A DNA stretch of 45,635 nt from Limisphaerales bacterium (GTDB lineage Bacteria > Verrucomicrobiota > Verrucomicrobiia > Limisphaerales > SIBE01), in assembly GCA_044225505.1 (NCBI GenBank), contig JBGAIN010000048.1, positions 1 through 45,635 of the forward strand. The letters run 5' to 3'. This document shows positions 20,996 to 29,580 of the stretch, piece by piece (position 1 is the first letter of the stretch; each line of letters opens with the position of its first letter). Under the pieces are notes generated by a model. That model ran no database searches and was not told the origin of the DNA. It worked only from the letters and a program-made list of their open reading frames with translations. The translations under genes were made by a program, and so were the position numbers.

Positions 20996-21028
20996 GCACA
21001 TCCTTTCAATTCCGATTCCGACCCCGAC
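20823..21028. repeat. Imperfect inverted repeat bracketing most of the four-helix-bundle remnant
   Basis: GTCGGGGTCGctATCGG (20823-20839) pairs with CCGATtcCGACCCCGAC (21012-21028): 17 bp with 2 mismatches. Confidence 0.65.
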
Positions 21029-21099
21029 GTGGACGCCACTCGGTTTGCGCTAACCAGTGTTTAATTCAAACTGCGTCATCCGTTCCAAACGCACGCTAA

Positions 21100-21126
21100 N
21101 NNNNNNNNNNNNNNNNNNNNNNNNNN
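21100..21126. other. Assembly gap (27 N)
   Basis: Run of n characters. Confidence 1.
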
Positions 21127-21127
21127 T

Positions 21128-21691
21128 CCTAACCCAGCCGTCGGCTTACTCAGTGGGAAAATCGGTGATCTCGTTTTCGCCAAGCAGAAAAACGGCGAAT
21201 CGGTCGTGCGTCGTTCTCCGGTCCGGAAAGCCGGGCTGAGAATTGGTGAAGTCGCCAATCAGGAAGCGTTCGCCGATGCCGTGCGCTATGCGAAGGAAGT
21301 CTGGGCGAATAACCCGGCTCTTCGCGCGAAATACAATGCGGTCGCCCGATCTGCTGGGCGGCAAGGGTTTCACCTTGCCAAAGCGGACTTTCGCGTGCCG
21401 CCGAAGATTGAAGATGTCGACTTGTCTGGTGTTACCGGGCAGGTTGGCGATATTCTCCGGATCGTGGCTGTGGACAATTTTGAAGTCGTGACCGTTGGCG
21501 TCACGATCTGCCGGTTGGACGGGCGCCAGCTCGAGTCGGGTTTGGCAGTGCTGGCTGGCGACGTTTGGAACTATCGACTTCAAAAAGAGATCCCTGCTGG
21601 CCAGACCGTTCGCGTGACCGTCACGGCGACCGATCATCCTGGTCATCGTGTAACCAAGGTTGCGGACCGCGCGTGCGGGCCGCAGATTTAA
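21128..21691 (+). CDS. Conserved hypothetical protein (LSGKIGDLVF family, C-terminal Ig-like region); start lies in the gap
   Basis: Frame is open from the gap: NPAVGLLSGKIGDLVFAKQ...AVRYAK...ADF..PKIEDVDLSG.TGQVGD...DNFEV..V.V...ATDHPG, a recurring uncharacterised family. Confidence 0.75.
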   Translation, partial: PNPAVGLLSGKIGDLVFAKQKNGESVVRRSPVRKAGLRIGEVANQEAFADAVRYAKEVWANNPALRAKYNAVARSAGRQGFHLAKADFRVPPKIEDVDLSGVTGQVGDILRIVAVDNFEVVTVGVTICRLDGRQLESGLAVLAGDVWNYRLQKEIPAGQTVRVTVTATDHPGHRVTKVADRACGPQI

Positions 21692-21725
21692 TTCAAACCC
21701 GTCCGCCATAAAACCCCACACACCG

Positions 21726-23663
21726 ATGGGCTCTATTCTTGAGACGCTGAGCTGCCCGGTTTCCGAGTGGATTCCGCTTTGGGCTGGACCCTTACAGCTG
21801 GCCTTTGACCCGCAAACGGTCGCTATCCGCTACGTGCGCCTGGGGGAAAAGGAGATCTTGCGGTCCATTTACGGCGCGGTTCGGGATTGTAATTGGGGCA
21901 CGGTGCGCCCGCGGTTGTCCAACCTGCGACTGGAGTCTTCCGAGAACTCGTTCCACATGACGTTTACGGTCGATTGCGAACAGGACGAGATCCAATTCCA
22001 GTGGGAGGGGAGAGTGACGGGGGATTTGATGGGGCATATTCGCTTTGGGTTCGAGGGAACGGCTGGCTCTCGATTCCTGCGCAACCGGATTGGGCTATGT
22101 GTCCTTCACCCATTGGAAGGCTGCGTGGGGCAGCCGTGCGCTATCGAGCACGGGGATGGACAGTCAACCCACGGAGCTTTTCCGGACCGCATTGCCGCTT
22201 TCCAGCCATTTAAAGACATTCGAAAAATCACGCATCGCGCGGGGGACGGGATTGAAGTTGAAGTCCTGCTCACGGGCGATACGTTCGAGATGGAGGATCA
22301 GCGCAATTGGTCGGATGCGTCATTCAAGACTTACTCCACGCCTCTGGCGCTGCCGTTTCCCGTCCTCGTCGAGGAAGGCAGTCAGATCCGGCAGGAAGTG
22401 AGACTCAGTCTGCGCGGGGTGCCAGGCCCGGTGACCGTCGCCAAGGTGGAACTGACGCGACTTCAACTCCCAGACGCGACGCCGCGGTTAACTCCGCCGC
22501 TGGGATTATGCCTCGCCAGCCACGGGGAATCTCTTTCGATCCAGGAGGCAAATCGTCTGCGAAGCTTGAGATTGAGTCATTTGCGGGTCGACATCGATTT
22601 TGCAAAGCCGGATTGGCGCGACCAGCTGCGGCGTGCGGAAGCGGAAAGCCTGCTTTTGGATGTTGGCTTGCATGTTGCTATTCATCTTACGGATCGAGCT
22701 GAGGCCGAGTTAAGCGACTTGCTCGGAATGTTAACCGCCACCAGGCCGCGGATTCTGCTTTGGTGCGTGTTTCATCATGCGGAAAAGTGCACGAGCGAAC
22801 GAACCGTGACCCTGGCGAGGGAGAGACTAAGGCGTTTTGACTCGGCAATTCCATGGGCCGCTGGCACGCCGGCTTATTTCGCCGAGTGGAATCGTGGTTG
22901 GAAAGGGCTATCGGGGGTTTTGCCTTGTTATTCGGTAAACCCGCAAGTTCACGGGGACGATGACGCGACGCTGGTGGAGAACCTCGGCGGCTTGAGCGAC
23001 ACGGTATCGACCGCGTGGGAACGAACGAGGGAGCCTGTGGTGGTCTCGCCTGTGACGTTACGCCCGCGGTTTAACCCCAACGCGACCGCGGCCAGTGGGA
23101 AGGAGGGGGCGGGGGACCGCTTGCCACCGGAGGTGGATGTGCGTCAGGCGTTGGCTCTGGGGGCGGCTTGGACCCTGGGGAGCGTCGGTGAACTGAGTCG
23201 CTCGAGCGCCCTGCATAGCTTGACCTACTATGAAACCACGGGCTGGAAAGGGATCATGGAGACGCGCCTCGGTCCGGCAGTGCCTCAGCTCTTTCCTTCG
23301 CGGGGAGACGCTGTTTTCCCGATGTTCCATATCTTCCGGGCCTTGGCAGGATTTCCCAAGCTGCTTCCCTTGACGTCGAGCGACGCCTTGTCCGCCACTG
23401 GCTTGGCCTTGTGGAACGAAGCGGGAATCCTTGGGCGGCTGGTCATGGCGAATCTCCGCGGGACCCGCCAAACGGTGCGAGTCGAGGTGCCCTGGCGCGC
23501 CGCGGTTTTGCGCGTTCTGGATAGCGAAGCTGGAGAGGCATTGCTCAACCCGGAAGGGTTCTGGTCTGGCGCGGGTGACTCGTTGACGGTGGTGGAGAGA
23601 GGTGCTGAGCTCTCGCTGCCGCCGTATGCCGTGGCGATCATCGAGCCTGCGCCTGTCCTCTAG
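21726..23663 (+). CDS. apnL: D-apionate (apionolactone) lactonase-like protein
   Basis: AGPL...IRYV..GEKEILR.I..AVRD.NWGT, NRIGLCVLHP, FEMEDQRNWSDASFKTY..PLALPFP, YFAEWNR, VHGDDD and DVRQ. Confidence 0.75.
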   Translation: MGSILETLSCPVSEWIPLWAGPLQLAFDPQTVAIRYVRLGEKEILRSIYGAVRDCNWGTVRPRLSNLRLESSENSFHMTFTVDCEQDEIQFQWEGRVTGDLMGHIRFGFEGTAGSRFLRNRIGLCVLHPLEGCVGQPCAIEHGDGQSTHGAFPDRIAAFQPFKDIRKITHRAGDGIEVEVLLTGDTFEMEDQRNWSDASFKTYSTPLALPFPVLVEEGSQIRQEVRLSLRGVPGPVTVAKVELTRLQLPDATPRLTPPLGLCLASHGESLSIQEANRLRSLRLSHLRVDIDFAKPDWRDQLRRAEAESLLLDVGLHVAIHLTDRAEAELSDLLGMLTATRPRILLWCVFHHAEKCTSERTVTLARERLRRFDSAIPWAAGTPAYFAEWNRGWKGLSGVLPCYSVNPQVHGDDDATLVENLGGLSDTVSTAWERTREPVVVSPVTLRPRFNPNATAASGKEGAGDRLPPEVDVRQALALGAAWTLGSVGELSRSSALHSLTYYETTGWKGIMETRLGPAVPQLFPSRGDAVFPMFHIFRALAGFPKLLPLTSSDALSATGLALWNEAGILGRLVMANLRGTRQTVRVEVPWRAAVLRVLDSEAGEALLNPEGFWSGAGDSLTVVERGAELSLPPYAVAIIEPAPVL

Positions 23664-23693
23664 TATTACTAGCCCCTGGATCGTAGCCGCCAA

Positions 23694-23791
23694 AGTGACT
23701 AGGGAACGATCGGAAGCGCAAATTGCTCCGAGAGTGTGCAACATTTCGTTGTCCTCCCATTTGTCGCACATCCCGTTCACAAATTGCGGAC
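23694..23791. promoter_or_regulatory. Copy D (compact) of the dispersed non-coding module
   Basis: GCGCAAATTGCTC (23716-23728) and ATTTGTCGCACA-N8-ACAAATTGCGGAC (23759-23791). Confidence 0.55.
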
Positions 23792-24224
23792 GAGAATTCG
23801 AACCCGACAGGGTAACGAGGCGGACCTGGGGATGTTGAGAATGACCAAAAGGAGAATGGGACTAGTCCGCCTCCTGACGTCGTCGGCTACGAGACGGAAA
23901 GAAATAATTCACCCGAAAAACACGAGAGCAGACGTCGTTTGGTCTTTTTCACCGTCACAAGTCGATTTAGGAGCAGCATTTTCACGCATTGCGTGAGGAG
24001 TGCGCATGCGTCGGTTGCGGCCCGCTGATCGTCGCCCGACGAGGGAAATCCGCCGGAGAACTCGAACGTGTCGCGTGAAGATCGCGCAATCCGCGTGAAA
24101 ACCGGGGTGGGCGCAACGCTGACACTCTCATCCAACGCCATTCCGAGCCAAGCCCACGCATTTCTGCGTGAGCGCCTTCCCTAAGGCCCTCGTTTTCCGG
24201 GGCAGAACACCGTTTCAACCACTT

Positions 24225-24239
24225 AGGCACGGGTTTTGA
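24225..24239 (+). promoter_or_regulatory. Possible sigma-54 -24/-12 promoter of the prepilin-like gene
   Basis: AGGCACG-GGTT-TTGA against the consensus TGGCACG-N4-TTGC (GA instead of GC at -12), about 90 nt upstream of ATG 24332. Confidence 0.35.
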
Positions 24240-24331
24240 GCACGGTATTGGCGGTGCTGAATGAAAAAGGCGCAGGACCTCGAAGCTTTGAGGATCGCCT
24301 GCAGAACAAAAAATCAAAAACCCATCGCTCT

Positions 24332-25054
24332 ATGAATAGAAGAATCAACAAATTCAGAGTCTGCGCCTTTACCTTGATTGAGCTGCTCGTCGTGATCGCG
24401 ATCATCGCGATTCTCGCAGGCATGCTTTTACCCGCGCTCGCCAAAGCCAAAGCGAAAGCGCAGCGTATAAAATGTGTCAGTAATCTACGGCAGGTTGGCG
24501 TCGGTTTCCGACTCTTCTCTACGGACAACAGCGATCAGTATCCTATGTCGGTGCCAGCGGCTAACGGGGGATCCGCGGAAGCTCGGGCCAACGCGCTGGC
24601 TACATTTGCCCATTTTGCGGCACTTTCCAATGATCTCAGCACGCCGCGCATTGTACTCTGTCCAAGTGATCAACGGACGGAATCGACGACCTTCGCCAGC
24701 AACGTGCTCGCGACCGCGCAGACGAAGAACATTGTCCCGTTCAACAGCAATAAGAACATCAGTTACTTTGTCGGGTTGGATGCGGATGAGATCCGGCCCC
24801 AATGTTTTCTTGCGGGCGACCGCAACATCATTGATCCAAACGCTGTCCCGCCGCGGACGAGCGTGGCGGTTTCCCAGATTGTGACGCTTGGCACGAACTC
24901 GGCGGCTTTCTACACAAACACCATGCATAACTTGCAGGGAAACGTTCTTTTGGGCGACGGAAGCGTGCAGCAGTTCAGCAGCGCTCGTCTGCGCGAAGCA
25001 TTGAAAAACACGGATGATTCGAAGAATCAACTCGCGTTTCCAGGAGAGAACTGA
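24332..25054 (+). CDS. Prepilin-type N-terminal cleavage/methylation protein with H-X9-DG C-terminal motif
   Basis: [35 protein letters not shown] and [14 protein letters not shown]. Confidence 0.92.
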   Translation: MNRRINKFRVCAFTLIELLVVIAIIAILAGMLLPALAKAKAKAQRIKCVSNLRQVGVGFRLFSTDNSDQYPMSVPAANGGSAEARANALATFAHFAALSNDLSTPRIVLCPSDQRTESTTFASNVLATAQTKNIVPFNSNKNISYFVGLDADEIRPQCFLAGDRNIIDPNAVPPRTSVAVSQIVTLGTNSAAFYTNTMHNLQGNVLLGDGSVQQFSSARLREALKNTDDSKNQLAFPGEN

Positions 25055-25193
25055 GCGGAGTCTGAGCCTTGGTTCCGAGTTCACGAGAACTCGGCATCAG
25101 GCGCTCGAGCAGATTCAAATCATTGGCTGCCTCGCGATGTGCTTAAAGCCGAGGCAGCCTCCTCATTTGACCGGGCCGCTTTCCGTCGAGAAC

Positions 25194-28067
25194 CTAGACA
25201 AGCCGACTCGAGCGATGAGAACAACTTGCCGGCGCGAGCGATTCAGCCAGGACCTCCGCCAGGTGACGAGGACGAGTGCCAGCCAAATCTTGGATCTGCA
25301 TGCGGCAGCTCGTGCCTGAAGCGACGACGGTGGTTTCCGACGGTAAATCTCGAATACGCGCGATGAGCGGCTCGGCGATTCGCAGCGATAAATCGACCTT
25401 GGATTCGGTCATACCAAAGGCGCCGGCCATACCGCAGCATCCGGTGTCGAGAACGGTAAGGCGTGCTCCGGGCAGGCGTTGCAGCAATCCCTGGGTGGCC
25501 GACGCGTGACCGAGCGATTTCGTATGACAATGGGTGTGGATAGCAATGGCGGGCGCCGGACCTCCAAACGGCAAGGCGGCCGGGTGGCGCTGGAGCAGTC
25601 GATCAAGGAACTCTTCGAACAGGAACGAGCGTTCGGCAATCTCGTTCGCATGGTCGAGCTGGAGCTCGCGATAGTCCTCCTTGAACATGGAATAACAGGA
25701 GGGCTCCAGGAAGACGATCGGTGTGAGCCGGTCATCAGGACGTTGCGATCGAAGCAGGTGCAGGTTGCGTTGTCCAAGGTGAGCGGCTTGATCCAAACGT
25801 CCCTGGCTGAACGCGGGCCTTCCACAACAGACACGACCCTGCAACAGGTTCACTTCATACCCAGCGGCTTCGAGAACGGCCACCGCGGCTCGCCCGATTT
25901 GCGGATCGTAATATCGCGTGAAGGTGTCGTCCCAGAGAAAGAGGCGTCCGCGAGAACCGTGGGGTGGCGCCGGCCTGTGATCGAACCAATGGTCAAAGCG
26001 TTCCTCGGCGAAGCGTGGCAAGGGGCGGCGAGCGGATAGCCCGGTCAGTGCGGCGAGGATCCGGCGAAACCAAGGCCAATGCATCGCGGCATTGGCGAAG
26101 CTGGGGAATGTGCAACCGAACTTTCCGAGGGGATCGGCCCAGCTGATCAGCCGCGCGAACAGGGGCAATCCTTCGGCCTGATGTTGGGCATGGAGGAGTT
26201 CTGCTTTGAGCAAAGCCATGTCGACGTTGGACGGACATTCCAGCGCGCATGCTTTGCAGGAAAGGCAAGTGGCCAAAACCTCGCGGAGTTGCGCTGCGGA
26301 TGTGGAATGAATCCCCCGACCCGTCCGGAGTTCGAGCGCGGCTCGGATCATATTGGCGCGTCCGCGGGTCGACATGGCTTCCTCACCGGTCGCGACGAAG
26401 GTCGGACACATCGACGGCGTCGCTTTGCGGCAGCCACCGCAGCCGTTGCATTGCTCGAGATTAGCCAAGAATGAACCATCCCGTGGGGCATACGCCAATA
26501 CGGGAGCGAAGGGGAGTTCTACTCCCTCGAGTCGCTCCGCGCGGAGGTGCTGGTCAATGCGGAAGCGTCCGGTGGAAATGATCTTTCCGGGATTGAACAA
26601 GCCCTTCGGATCGAACCCGCTCTTGATCTGGCTCATGACATCGACCAATTGCGGCCCTACATGGTCGGCGAGATACTCTGTCCTCGCGATTCCCACGCCG
26701 TGCTCGCCGGCTAAAGAACCCTGAAACTGCCGGACTAAACTGGAGACTTCATCGGCGATGTTCCGGAACATCTGGCGATCCTCGGCCTGCTTCAGGTCGA
26801 GCACAGGGCGGATATGGAGTAAGCCTGCCGCGGCATGACCATAGTAGCAGACTTCAACGCCGCGACCGCGAAAGAGCGCCTCTAAACCACGGACATAGGC
26901 CGGCAGTTGTTCCGGTCGAACGGCCGTGTCCTCGATTCCTGTGACGGGTTTGGCGGAGCCTTTCCGACTGGTCAAGAGAGACAGACCGGCTTTGCGCAAG
27001 GCCCAGACGAGGCTCATTTCCCGGTCGTTCTGGAGCGTCAAGCTGCGACGGCCAAGGTGCCGCTGGGCGAGCCTCTGCAGTCGATCCGTTACATCTTCAT
27101 AAAACTCCACCAGCAAGATCGATTCGCACGGTTGGGTATCGAGCTCCAGCAGGCTGCGCGCCGCCTCGAATTCACGTCGTCCTTTCGTCTGATCAAACAA
27201 TATCCGGTCGATATGTTCGATAGCGACCGGTTCGAGGTCGCGCAGGGCGACGGTCGCTTCCATAGCCTCAATCACGGAATCGAAAAAGATCAGACCCAGG
27301 CCCTTTTTTTGGGGCAACGGCAGCACGCGGAGTTCGGCACCAAGGATGGCGGCCAGTGTGCCTTCACTGCCGCAGATGAGATTGACCAACGTCTCGTGGT
27401 GGCCCGCCATCCGATCCAGAGCGTAACCGGGCCAGCGTTTAAGCAAGCCGGGAGGCATCCAGTGATCAATTTCGGCCTGATGTTCACGGACGAGGCGTCG
27501 AACGAAAGCGGCTTCGTTAGGAAGTGGGTCCGAGCCGGAGCCGATGGTTACGAAGCGACCATCCGCCAGGACGATGTCGAGGGAGAGGACGTGATCCGCT
27601 GTGGTGCCGTATCTCGGCACGCGGGCTCCGGAAGAGTTATTGGCGATCATGCCGCCGAGAGTAGCGCGCGAGCTGGTGGCAACGTCCGGTCCAAAACAAA
27701 GCGCGTGGGGCTTAAGAAACGCGTTCAACTCATCAAGCACCACTCCCGGTCCAACACGAACGGTCTGACGATCCGCATTTAGATTCGTGATGGCACGGTT
27801 GTGGCGGGCAAAATCGATCACCAAGCCATCGCCAATGGCTCCCCCGACCAGACCGGTGCCCGCACCGCGAGGAGTAATAGAAATGCCAGCGTCGACGGCG
27901 GCTTCAATCACGGCCAGGGCCTCTCGCGGGCCCCGCGGAAAGGCGACTGCGACCGGCTCTCTTTGATAGAGCGAGGCGTCGGTGGCGTAGAGCCGGCGAG
28001 TCGCGTCGTCCGTCGCGACGGGGCACTCGATCCGATCCAGGGCGGCATGGAATCGGACGGAGTTCAT
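25194..28067 (-). CDS. FAD-linked oxidase / 4Fe-4S / CCG-domain oxidoreductase (GlcD+GlcF fusion, YdiJ-like)
   Basis: PRGAGTGL, GGMIANNSSG, GSEGTL, GEHGVG, CNGCGGC, CLSCKACALECP and two CCG motifs. Confidence 0.92.
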   Translation of the reverse strand: MNSVRFHAALDRIECPVATDDATRRLYATDASLYQREPVAVAFPRGPREALAVIEAAVDAGISITPRGAGTGLVGGAIGDGLVIDFARHNRAITNLNADRQTVRVGPGVVLDELNAFLKPHALCFGPDVATSSRATLGGMIANNSSGARVPRYGTTADHVLSLDIVLADGRFVTIGSGSDPLPNEAAFVRRLVREHQAEIDHWMPPGLLKRWPGYALDRMAGHHETLVNLICGSEGTLAAILGAELRVLPLPQKKGLGLIFFDSVIEAMEATVALRDLEPVAIEHIDRILFDQTKGRREFEAARSLLELDTQPCESILLVEFYEDVTDRLQRLAQRHLGRRSLTLQNDREMSLVWALRKAGLSLLTSRKGSAKPVTGIEDTAVRPEQLPAYVRGLEALFRGRGVEVCYYGHAAAGLLHIRPVLDLKQAEDRQMFRNIADEVSSLVRQFQGSLAGEHGVGIARTEYLADHVGPQLVDVMSQIKSGFDPKGLFNPGKIISTGRFRIDQHLRAERLEGVELPFAPVLAYAPRDGSFLANLEQCNGCGGCRKATPSMCPTFVATGEEAMSTRGRANMIRAALELRTGRGIHSTSAAQLREVLATCLSCKACALECPSNVDMALLKAELLHAQHQAEGLPLFARLISWADPLGKFGCTFPSFANAAMHWPWFRRILAALTGLSARRPLPRFAEERFDHWFDHRPAPPHGSRGRLFLWDDTFTRYYDPQIGRAAVAVLEAAGYEVNLLQGRVCCGRPAFSQGRLDQAAHLGQRNLHLLRSQRPDDRLTPIVFLEPSCYSMFKEDYRELQLDHANEIAERSFLFEEFLDRLLQRHPAALPFGGPAPAIAIHTHCHTKSLGHASATQGLLQRLPGARLTVLDTGCCGMAGAFGMTESKVDLSLRIAEPLIARIRDLPSETTVVASGTSCRMQIQDLAGTRPRHLAEVLAESLAPASCSHRSSRLV

Positions 28068-28282
28068 CGTAGAGTTCCACGCTACGAAATCGGAGGGGAT
28101 GTGACAACCGAGAATAGGAGCACCGGAGCTGGGACCTGCTCTAGTGCGGTCACCTCACTAGCATCGATAGCTACTTGTGGCGCAACACCAGTGGCCTACA
28201 GCCTGGGAGCTGCATGGATGGCAACATTCAAAAGCCCAAAGCCGCTTCCTCACTCTCGAATGCGCGCGCGATCCTCCGCGAG

Positions 28283-28316
28283 GTCTTGGAGTGCTGTGGC
28301 CCTCCACAGCTTTTCC
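28283..28316 (+). repeat. REP-like hairpin, copy 1
   Basis: GTCTTGGAGT-GCTGTGG-CCCT-CCACAGC-TTTTCC; same frame as the copy at 28968. Confidence 0.65.
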
Positions 28317-28502
28317 CCACAGCCTCCGCCAGACAAGCCCACGAGAAAGGGAACCGGAGCAACGCATCGGCCAATCAGCAATTGCTGAGCGGTTGCAACT
28401 CGCGCCAATTCAAACGCTAAGGATAGCCTTTGGGAATTGTTGCCAGCATTGATGGTCCGCCAGCTTAATGAACGGAATGAACGGGTCGACAGCACGGGGA
28501 GG

Positions 28503-28820
28503 TCCACCACACTCGCATGGGCGGCCTCGCGCTCTGAAGGAAACTGCCATCGAAGTGGAGCGACCTTCCAGGTTGCGATTCTCCTGAAAAGCGGGTCGAG
28601 CCGATCGAAAACGAGATCAAAGCGACAGGAGACTTTCGACGCGCGCAGGCACCTCGCTTGCTCGTCACACATTGGGAATGGTCACCGGTCTCGAACGACG
28701 GTCGCCAGCCTATCTGGTGACTTTTCGTCTCCACCCGACCCTCGGTTTGGGGCCGGTCCGTTCCCAAACCATGCGTCAAATGGCCGATTTGTCGCACACA
28801 ATGTCAACAAATTGTTGTCA
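28503..28820. repeat. Copy A of a degenerate non-coding duplication
   Basis: Blocks GCCATCGAAGTGG.GCGACCTTCC.AGGT.GCGATT (28546), GGTGACTTTTCG (28716) and ATTTGTCGCACA-N8-ACAAATTG (28787) recur in the same order at 29364, 29475 and 29547. Confidence 0.75.
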
Positions 28821-28967
28821 GCTTGCGGAAGCTATAAACTACGAGGGTGCGGCAAGGATGTGGGCTGCGGCGCCCGACCGACCGCCCAAGGGCGCCGAGA
28901 TACCCAGCGCCCCCTTAGACCGTGCGGTAGCCGAGTTTCAAATGAACCTTAGTCATGGCGCGCCAGC

Positions 28968-29001
28968 GTCTTGGAGTGCGCCAGACCTCTGACGCTTTTC
29001 C
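28968..29001 (+). repeat. REP-like hairpin, copy 2
   Basis: GTCTTGGAGT-GCGCCAG-ACCT-CTGACGC-TTTTCC. Confidence 0.65.
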
Positions 29002-29061
29002 GTCCGGACAAGCCGAAAACCGCTGATCTTCGGATTCAGCAACCGTTTCCGTCTTCCCCTG

Positions 29062-29103
29062 AATCTTGATCTTAATCCTCCTCGTAATCGTTCTCCTAAT
29101 CCC
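29062..29103 (+). repeat. Degenerate hexamer tandem repeat (NNTCNT-like x7)
   Basis: aatctt gatctt aatcct cctcgt aatcgt tctcct aatccc. Confidence 0.6.
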
Positions 29104-29322
29104 CCGCACCTTAGTCGTTCCCCCATTTCTCACCCCCATGGCGAGCCATCACATCCAGGCACCGCTGGGGTCCGCGACATCGCCCCAATCACGCGTCGCG
29201 ACGCACGACCGAATCAGGAGCAATTTGCTCGCGGCATGTGCGACATATCTCCCGCCAGTTGCTCACTCTCGGGTAGATGGCTGAATACGTTGCGCACGCA
29301 GAGACGGCAAGCAAAGCCAGCT

Positions 29323-29580
29323 CAACCGCTCTCGCTTAGGCGACCTCACGCGCTCGGGAATCGGCCATCGAAGTGGCGCGACCTTCCCAGGTCGCGATTC
29401 CCCGAAAAAACGGGTGGAGACGGTCGGACACCATAACCCGGCGGAATCGATGTGATCTTAGGTCTGGCGCGGCAGGTGACTTTTCGGCTCCATCCCATGG
29501 GAGCGTTGGGGGTCGGTCGGTGCCAATGACGTTGAGTCTGGGGGGGATTTGTCCCGCACCGCGTTCTCAATTTGCGGACC
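29323..29580. repeat. Copy B of the degenerate non-coding duplication
   Basis: Colinear with 28503-28820, with about 59 bp less between the first and second blocks (offsets 818 versus 759-760). Confidence 0.75.

Larger units (their letters stand above)
21060..21698 (+). repeat. 12-bp direct repeat TTTAATTCAAAC flanking the gap and a hypothetical gene
   Basis: Identical AT-rich 12-mers at 21060-21071 and 21687-21698. Confidence 0.6.

Noticed and set aside
21060..21698. Integron gene cassette interpretation of the direct-repeat-flanked gene
   Set aside because: No recognisable attC palindrome (RYYYAAC...GTTRRRY) and no integrase in the window.
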